This document shows positions 14,607 through 20,000 of a stretch of 20,000 nt of DNA, piece after piece. The position numbers and the translations under genes were made by a program. The DNA is from an uncultured virus (IMG/VR IMGVR_UViG_3300011842_000033) (Duplodnaviria > Heunggongvirae > Uroviricota > Caudoviricetes), in the IMG/VR virus record IMGVR_UViG_3300011842_000033; one strand, given 5' to 3'. Numbering within the stretch: the first letter of the stretch is position 1; each line of letters begins with the position of its first letter. Under the pieces are notes generated by a model that worked only from the letters and a program-made list of their open reading frames with translations, was not told the DNA's origin and searched no databases.

Positions 14607-15092
14607 ATGCAGAGCAACGAACCCAAGTGGGTGATTGAGGCCCGCAAGCTGATCGGCCTGCACGAGGTGCATGGCCCTGATCATAACCCTGAGATAGTGC
14701 AGATGTGGCGGGACATCAAGCGCGGAGGCATCAGGGACGACGAGACGCCATGGTGTGCAGCGTTCGTCGGAGCGATGCTTGAGCGTGTCGGAATCCGTTC
14801 CAGTCGATTCGAAAGTGCCCGTTCGTATCTCGACTGGGGACAACACCTGGCGCTTCCGGTGTCGGGCTGCATCGTGGTGTTTACTCGCCATGGCGGTGGC
14901 CATGTCGGCTTTGCAGTTGGTCGCGATAAGGTCGGCAATCTACTGATTCTCGGCGGTAACCAGTCGGACGCCGTTAACATCAAGGCATTCCCAGTTGCGC
15001 GCGTAACTGGCTATCGCTGGCCTGCAGGTGTGCCTGTAATCGCTGAGCCCTTATCCCTGTTCAACGCCGAGCGTTCGGAGCGTGAGTCGTGA
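14607..15092 (+). CDS. Putative endolysin, TIGR02594 family (CHAP/NlpC-P60-like peptidoglycan hydrolase)
   Basis: DDETPWCAAFV (Cys), GGHVGF (His), LGGNQSDAV and GYRWP; GGAGG RBS at 14598-14602; directly upstream of the spanins. Confidence 0.88.
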   Translation: MQSNEPKWVIEARKLIGLHEVHGPDHNPEIVQMWRDIKRGGIRDDETPWCAAFVGAMLERVGIRSSRFESARSYLDWGQHLALPVSGCIVVFTRHGGGHVGFAVGRDKVGNLLILGGNQSDAVNIKAFPVARVTGYRWPAGVPVIAEPLSLFNAERSERES

Positions 15093-15574
15093 TCGCCTCG
15101 CTGGTTGAACGCTCGACCATTTACGGGCTGCTGGCCGCGCTGTGCTTCACAGCTGGCTGGAAGGTAAACGGTTGGCGGTTGGGGGAGGGCATCGCCCAGC
15201 AGAAGGCAGAGGCGGTGACGGTCGTTCGAGTGATCGAGCGCAAGCAGCAGTTGATCGCCGATACAGAGGGGAACAAGGGCCATGAAGAACTTGAAGGTTT
15301 GCGCCGCGCTGCTGATCGCGCCAGCGTTACTGCTGCAGGGCTGCGGGTCGAAGCCAGTCGACTCGCCACTCAGCTCGCTACCTGCAATGCCGGAACTGCC
15401 GGCGAGCGCCAGGCAAGGGCAGACGCCGCCGCAGTGTTTGCCGACGTGCTTGGAGAGATGGAATCAGAAGGCCGCGCAATGGCAGCGGCGGCTAGCCGCG
15501 CCCGCAGCGCAGGGCTCACCTGCGAGCGCGTCTACGATGGAGTGAAGCGGGGCGCTAGTAGCAATAGGGATTAG
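15089..15574 (+). CDS. Inner-membrane spanin Rz-like (DUF2514-type)
   Basis: N-terminal transmembrane segment, Ala-rich coiled coil, C-terminal AGLTCERVYD; GTGA overlap with the endolysin stop. Confidence 0.88.
   Translation: MIASLVERSTIYGLLAALCFTAGWKVNGWRLGEGIAQQKAEAVTVVRVIERKQQLIADTEGNKGHEELEGLRRAADRASVTAAGLRVEASRLATQLATCNAGTAGERQARADAAAVFADVLGEMESEGRAMAAAASRARSAGLTCERVYDGVKRGASSNRD
15282..15545 (+). CDS. Outer-membrane spanin Rz1-like lipoprotein embedded in Rz (+1 frame)
   Basis: MKNLK + hydrophobic core + lipobox LQGC; Pro-rich mature part with CLPTC; fully nested in the i-spanin gene. Confidence 0.85.
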   Translation: MKNLKVCAALLIAPALLLQGCGSKPVDSPLSSLPAMPELPASARQGQTPPQCLPTCLERWNQKAAQWQRRLAAPAAQGSPASASTME

Positions 15575-15614
15575 CGCCTTTATCCGAACAGTTTGTCCTG
15601 CTTATCCATAACAA

Positions 15615-16397
15615 TCACTTAACTCTCGAGTCGTCCGCTATTAATGCGGCCGCTGCTTTTTGTTTAGCGCGGCGCGCAAGCATGTTCAGCACTTCGACCC
15701 CGGCAGAGAACGCCATTGCAGCATAGACATAGCCCTTGGGTACATGGGCGCCAAAGCCTTCCGCAATAAGAGTCATGCCGATCATCAATAGGAAACCAAG
15801 CGCGAGCATTACGACGGTAGGGTTCTGGTTGATGAAGTTAGCAAGCGGGTTGGCAGCCACCAGCATAACGGTGACTGCAACGATGACAGCGATAACCATG
15901 ATCTCGATGTGATTGGTCATGCCGACGGCCGTAATGATGCTGTCGACTGAAAACACAAGATCCAACAGCAGGATTTGACCGATGGCCGCGCTGAATCCTA
16001 GCGTTGCACCGCGCTCAATGGGCTTTCCCTCAAACATGTCCCCACCGGGCGTAGGGTCCATGCTGTGGTGGATCTCTTTTGTTGCTTTCCATAGCAGGAA
16101 CAGGCCGCCTGCAATGAGAATCATGTCTTTCCAAGAGAATGCATTACCGAAAACCTCTATAACCGGCTCGGTGAGCTGGACAATCCAAGCTACAGTGCCA
16201 AGCAGGCCTAACCGCAAAACGAGTGCGAGGCCGATGCCTATGCGTCTTGCGCGTTCGCGCTGGCTTTCAGGGAGCTTATTGGTGAGGATGGATATGAAGA
16301 TCAGATTATCGATGCCTAGCACTACTTCCATCGCGATCAAGGTCGCCAGCGCAACCCAGGTTGTAGGTTCGAGAAAAAGCTGAATCGACGATTCCAT
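15615..16397 (-). CDS. TerC-family integral membrane protein (YgdQ/UPF0053-like, no CBS domains)
   Basis: [43 protein letters not shown] and [12 protein letters not shown]; multiple transmembrane helices. Confidence 0.93.
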   Translation of the reverse strand: MESSIQLFLEPTTWVALATLIAMEVVLGIDNLIFISILTNKLPESQRERARRIGIGLALVLRLGLLGTVAWIVQLTEPVIEVFGNAFSWKDMILIAGGLFLLWKATKEIHHSMDPTPGGDMFEGKPIERGATLGFSAAIGQILLLDLVFSVDSIITAVGMTNHIEIMVIAVIVAVTVMLVAANPLANFINQNPTVVMLALGFLLMIGMTLIAEGFGAHVPKGYVYAAMAFSAGVEVLNMLARRAKQKAAAALIADDSRVK

Positions 16398-16446
16398 GTA
16401 GGGCTCTCAGGAGTAATAGCGAACGCTGCGCCGCAGGGGCCAAGAT

Positions 16447-16473
16447 TTGGAACAGGATATACTTGGAAGGTTG
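16447..16473 (-). promoter_or_regulatory. Putative RpoE/AlgU-type ECF promoter for the TerC-family gene
   Basis: Minus strand reads CAACCT-N16-TCCAA, versus consensus GAACTT-N16/17-TC(T/C)(A/G)A. Confidence 0.35.
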
Positions 16474-16496
16474 CCGCGCACCGCTGTTTTTCAGGA

Positions 16497-17189
16497 TTAT
16501 TTTAGTGGAGCGATAAGCTCCGATCCCTCATTGCGTACGTTCCCCACGGCTCGATCAACGGCAAACCACTCGAACGCCTCAACCGGCAGCCCTAGGTAGC
16601 GCACGATATCCTCTGCGCGCTCCAGAGACAGGTCCGGTTCGATCCACTCCCGCGCCAAGTCTGCCTCGAGCACGACCGGACGGCGATCGTGGATGTCCAC
16701 CATGCCCTGGTCGCTGTTGGCGGTGATGATTACGAAGCCATCGCCGTCACGTTCGGTCAGATCGGTACGGTCCAGCTTGGCGAGCGCAGCGAACCATAGT
16801 GGCTCGCCATCCTTGCGGCGAATGTAATAGGGCTGCTTCTTTTTCGGGTCCGCCGGGTCTTTCACCCATTCGTACCAGCCATCTGCAGCAACCAGCGTTC
16901 GGCCGGTGGCCCAGATGTCCCGGAAAAACCGGCTGGTCGCTGCCGTCTCGACGCGCGCATTGATCGCGGGCGGGCGTTTGCCGACAGCCCAAAACGGTTG
17001 ATAGCCCCAAGGCAGCTTGGCCATGCGCAGGCCCGTGTCTGTCTCGTAGAAGATCATCACTCGCGAACGCGGAGCGACGTTGTAGCGGTTGATCGGCTCT
17101 GGATCGATGCCACCCTCGATGGGTTTGTCGTAGCGCAGCGCATCCAGGTACTCGACCGCTGTTCGGTACTGCGTGAATCGACCGCACAT
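16497..17189 (-). CDS. SOS response-associated peptidase (SRAP; YedK/HMCES family) abasic-site-processing protein
   Basis: N-terminal MCGRF, RYNVAP, INARVET, ADGWYEW, KQPYYI, IHDRRPV and VGNVRNEG. Confidence 0.95.
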   Translation of the reverse strand: MCGRFTQYRTAVEYLDALRYDKPIEGGIDPEPINRYNVAPRSRVMIFYETDTGLRMAKLPWGYQPFWAVGKRPPAINARVETAATSRFFRDIWATGRTLVAADGWYEWVKDPADPKKKQPYYIRRKDGEPLWFAALAKLDRTDLTERDGDGFVIITANSDQGMVDIHDRRPVVLEADLAREWIEPDLSLERAEDIVRYLGLPVEAFEWFAVDRAVGNVRNEGSELIAPLK

Positions 17190-17253
17190 ATCCCCTCCAG
17201 CCTGCTATCGGATGGCTGCCTCTCTTCATTGACCGCATGATGTGCTCGCGGTT

Positions 17254-17273
17254 TACTGTACGCATATACAGTA
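17254..17273. promoter_or_regulatory. LexA (SOS) box between the divergent SRAP and umuD-like genes
   Basis: TACTGTACGCATATACAGTA fits CTGT-N8-ACAG; a TTGACC -35-like hexamer lies at 17229-17234. Confidence 0.92.
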
Positions 17274-17289
17274 ATCGCAGAGTAGTAAC

Positions 17290-17715
17290 ATGCGCGCCAC
17301 GATTCTCGGCCAGCTCGGCCCGTCTTCCACGTTCCTCCAGTACGTCGACAGCCGCGTGCCGGCAGGCTTCCCTTCGCCAGCGGCGGACTACGAGGAGGTC
17401 ACGCTCTCCATCGATGAGCTGGTCGACTTGCGTACGCCACACGTCTACCTGGTAAGGGTAGAGGGCCCCAGCATGGTCGGCGCCGGTATCTACGACGGCG
17501 ATGTGCTTGTGGTGAACCGGGCGCTGGAGGCGCGCTCCGGGCAGATCGTCGTCGCCTACGTCGACGGCGGCATGACGGTCAAACGGTTGCAGGTGTCGCC
17601 GGATGGGGTGTGGCTGCAACCCGAGAACCCGGATTACCGCGCGTTCCGCGTTACCGAATCCCTGCACGTTTGGGGCGTGGCCACTCACAATCTGCACCAG
17701 CTATGTTCGCGCTGA
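17290..17715 (+). CDS. umuD: DNA polymerase V subunit UmuD/RulA-like (S24 peptidase)
   Basis: VPAGFPSPA cleavage motif, catalytic Ser (GPSM) and Lys (TVKRL); 141 aa; LexA box upstream. Confidence 0.94.
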   Translation: MRATILGQLGPSSTFLQYVDSRVPAGFPSPAADYEEVTLSIDELVDLRTPHVYLVRVEGPSMVGAGIYDGDVLVVNRALEARSGQIVVAYVDGGMTVKRLQVSPDGVWLQPENPDYRAFRVTESLHVWGVATHNLHQLCSR

Positions 17716-18959
17716 TTGATTGCAACTCGTTTTACTGCAGTTGCGAGCGTGCCTACCGGCCATGGCTCGACGGCGTGCCGGTGGTAGTGCTGAGCAACAA
17801 CGACGGCTGTGTGATCGCCCGCACCCGCGAGGCCAAGCGCCTAGGCATCCCCATGGGCGCCCCGTATTTCCAGTGGCGCGACCAGATGCGCGAGTGGGGC
17901 GTGGTCTGTTTCTCCAGTAACTACGAGCTCTACGGGCAGATGAGCGCCCGAGTGATGACGACGCTGGAGGGGATGTTTCCGCGAATCGAGGTGTACAGCA
18001 TCGATGAGGCATTCGCCGACCTGACGGGAATGGCGGGCGATCTGGTGCCACTGGGGCACGAGGCACGTGAGCGAGTGCTGCGCTGGACCGGTATACCGGT
18101 GGGTGTGGGGATCGGGCCAACGAAGACCTTGGCCAAGCTGGCCAACTGGGCGGCCAAGACCTGGCGCAAGTCCGGCGGGGTGATCGACCTGCGCGACCCG
18201 GAGCGGCGCGATCGGCTGTTGCGGATGACAGAGGTTTGCGAAGTGTGGGGGGTTGGCCGGCGGCTGACGGCCCGGCTGCGGCCGCTGGGCATCCAAACCG
18301 CCTGGGACCTGGCGCAGTACGACGCTGCATCGCTGCGCCGACAGTTCAGCGTGGTCTTGGAGAAAACCGCCCGCGAACTGCGCGGGATCTCCTGCCTCGA
18401 GCTGGAAGAGGCGGTTCCGCCCCGGCAGATGATCTGCTCCTCGAAGATGTTCGGCAGCCGCCTGCGCGACATCGCTCCGATCCGCGAGGCCGTCGTGGCC
18501 TACGTCACAAAGGCCGCCGAGAAACTGCGTTCCCAGCAAAGCCTGGCCGGCGCGCTGCAGGTTGCCATCCGCACCGGTATGCACAACCCCAACCAGCCGC
18601 GCTACGCCAACGCCATCAGCTGCCCGCTGCCATACCCGACTGACGATACTCGCGTGCTTGCTGCCGCGGCCGTGCGCGGGCTTGAGGCCATCTACCGGGA
18701 GGGCTACGCCTATAGCAAAGCGGAAGTGCTGCTGATGGATCTACGGCAACGAGGCGAGTTCACCGGCGACCTATTCGCCGCCGCCCCACGGCCAGGCGCC
18801 GATCGGCTGATGGCCGTGGTCGACCAGATCAACGCGCGCGAGGGCAGGGGTACGGTACGGCTAGGACGCATTCCCGCCGCTGCAGAGTGGGCCATGAAGC
18901 GGGAGATGATGAGCCAGCGGTATACGACGAGATGGGACGAGTTGATGGTGGTGCGGTGA
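17703..18959 (+). CDS. umuC: Y-family DNA polymerase V catalytic subunit UmuC/RulB-like, 418 aa
   Basis: [48 protein letters not shown] and the C-terminal [19 protein letters not shown]; overlaps the end of umuD. Confidence 0.96.
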   Translation: MFALIDCNSFYCSCERAYRPWLDGVPVVVLSNNDGCVIARTREAKRLGIPMGAPYFQWRDQMREWGVVCFSSNYELYGQMSARVMTTLEGMFPRIEVYSIDEAFADLTGMAGDLVPLGHEARERVLRWTGIPVGVGIGPTKTLAKLANWAAKTWRKSGGVIDLRDPERRDRLLRMTEVCEVWGVGRRLTARLRPLGIQTAWDLAQYDAASLRRQFSVVLEKTARELRGISCLELEEAVPPRQMICSSKMFGSRLRDIAPIREAVVAYVTKAAEKLRSQQSLAGALQVAIRTGMHNPNQPRYANAISCPLPYPTDDTRVLAAAAVRGLEAIYREGYAYSKAEVLLMDLRQRGEFTGDLFAAAPRPGADRLMAVVDQINAREGRGTVRLGRIPAAAEWAMKREMMSQRYTTRWDELMVVR

Positions 18960-19069
18960 GGTCTTTGAATCGGCCGCTAGAGATGGACTAAAAGAAAATC
19001 AAAAAGTTCTTCAACATCGTCTTTGCGCAACTTCTTATTAACTTATGTCCGGTTCCGTACTAAGGGGGC

Positions 19070-19082
19070 GGTTCGGGTACCA
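19070..19082 (+). other. Candidate attR core resembling a tRNA 3' end (GGTTCGGGTACCA)
   Basis: Ends in ACCA and resembles the 3' end of gammaproteobacterial tRNA-Leu(TAA) as recalled; lies in the AT-rich gap after the last phage-type gene. The partner att site is not in the window. Confidence 0.35.
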
Positions 19083-19109
19083 CATTCAAGTGCGGAGCTT
19101 TGGAAAGTT

Positions 19110-20000
19110 TTAGGGGAAGAAGTTTGTACGCGGGCCGGGGTATGTTGTTTCCATTTGAATCGCCAGATCTTCGCCGGAGATACGCCGCACGGCCGAAGCA
19201 GCAACAAATTGCGCGGCTAGGGCAAAAGAGATGACGGCCATCCGGCTCAGCTGCGTCTCTCGATAGCGATTAGTCACATAGTCCGGGAAGTTGCTTAGGG
19301 CATTCAGCAGCAGCAAATCATCCCTGTGACTAGACTCCGCGCACATTCTCTCCCCTAGCTTAGCCAGGTCATGGCCGAATAGTTTCGGATTCCTTAACTC
19401 CTTTTCCGCTATCCCCTGATGTAGCAACGTGCCCTTCATTGCCAGTTCGGCTGCAAGGCAAATGGGTTGAAGAACTGGGCTGGTGATGGCTCCCGACAAA
19501 GAAAGGCTTTCAGCGACTAGTCTCAATTGCTCCGCTGCAAGCCCCCAGAAGGATGCGGTGTTTCCTCCTCGCGGTACCTTGAAGTTATCGATGCCGTATA
19601 CCAAATCATGCATGTCCGCTAATGCAAACGCTGACCGCGCAATGATTCTGGAGTCATGACGGCACCAAGCTTTCCACTCCGCATCGCTGGAAAAGCCCAA
19701 CCCTTTCGCAATGGTTAGGTCTACTGTCCCGAAGACAACGCCGATCGTCACTTTTCGCACCCGATCAAGCGACGCGACCAGTCCAGTACCCATGCCAGGC
19801 CAAGTGAAGTTGACTTCGGGGATTAGCCGAGCGTATGCCTGCTCAATTTCCCTGACAAGAGGGTTACCTACAACCCCTTCCACGTAAGCATCGCCAAGTA
19901 GGTCAACTGCCGCGCGAAACGGTCTCGCATGGAATGGGATGTCCGCTAGCGCATAGCGTTCGTCCAATCTGAGAATATCGTTGTCGGTAAAGAAGGTCAC
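19110..20000 (-). CDS. Hypothetical protein with a HEPN-like C-terminal domain (start at or beyond the window edge)
   Basis: 296-codon ORF; LAAELAMKG (E185/K189), RNPKLFGHDL (R203-x6-H210) and a later RY in an all-helical segment; lower GC than the phage genes. Confidence 0.7.
   Translation of the reverse strand: MTFFTDNDILRLDERYALADIPFHARPFRAAVDLLGDAYVEGVVGNPLVREIEQAYARLIPEVNFTWPGMGTGLVASLDRVRKVTIGVVFGTVDLTIAKGLGFSSDAEWKAWCRHDSRIIARSAFALADMHDLVYGIDNFKVPRGGNTASFWGLAAEQLRLVAESLSLSGAITSPVLQPICLAAELAMKGTLLHQGIAEKELRNPKLFGHDLAKLGERMCAESSHRDDLLLLNALSNFPDYVTNRYRETQLSRMAVISFALAAQFVAASAVRRISGEDLAIQMETTYPGPRTNFFP

Larger units (their letters stand above)
1..19082 (+). mobile_element. Temperate siphovirus prophage, right part (head, tail, lysis, SOS cargo); left end lies outside the window, right end tentative
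   Basis: Contiguous, tightly coupled + strand operon in lambdoid order head-tail-lysis, followed by typical prophage cargo (SRAP, umuDC-like). The right boundary is inferred from a tRNA-end-like motif at 19070-19082. Confidence 0.9.

Noticed and set aside
16398..16496. yybP-ykoY manganese riboswitch upstream of the TerC-family gene
   Set aside because: The characteristic GGGGAGUA motif and four-way junction are not visible on the minus strand, and the leader is short.
16747..17697. 316-aa minus-strand ORF spanning umuD and SRAP
   Set aside because: It overlaps two well-supported genes and the LexA box and has no recognisable protein features.
17610..17702. Upstream GTG start for umuC (449 aa)
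   Set aside because: UmuC-family proteins begin at MFALxDxNSFY, i.e. ATG 17703.
19022..19052. Possible dif (XerCD) site around TTATTAACTTATGTCC
   Set aside because: Only TTATGT matches; the XerC arm and the rest of the XerD arm do not fit the consensus.
1..20000. CRISPR array, rRNA, complete tRNA or IS element
   Set aside because: No regularly spaced repeats, cloverleaf, rRNA-like sequence or transposase seen; nearly all sequence is explained by coding genes.

Overview
The window is the right-hand half of a GC-rich temperate siphovirus prophage, probably in a Pseudomonas/Stutzerimonas-like gammaproteobacterium (host inferred). On the + strand it carries a lambda-type head module (S49 protease with a nested scaffold start, gpD, gpE, FI-, FII-, Z- and U-like genes), a major tail protein, a tail chaperone with a clear -1 frameshift signal, a 935-aa tape measure protein, a non-lambda tail-tip cluster, and a lysis pair (TIGR02594/CHAP-like endolysin plus Rz with embedded Rz1) with no adjacent holin. 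Accessory material is interspersed: a LITAF-like zinc-ribbon membrane moron in the tail operon, a convergent pair of tiny ORFs before the endolysin, a lower-GC TerC/YgdQ-like gene, and a LexA-boxed divergent SRAP / umuDC-like cassette. A tRNA-3'-end-like 13-mer at ~19070 may be the right attachment site; beyond it lies a lower-GC gene with a HEPN-like C-terminal domain. All calls come from reading motifs and synteny by eye; no searches were run.
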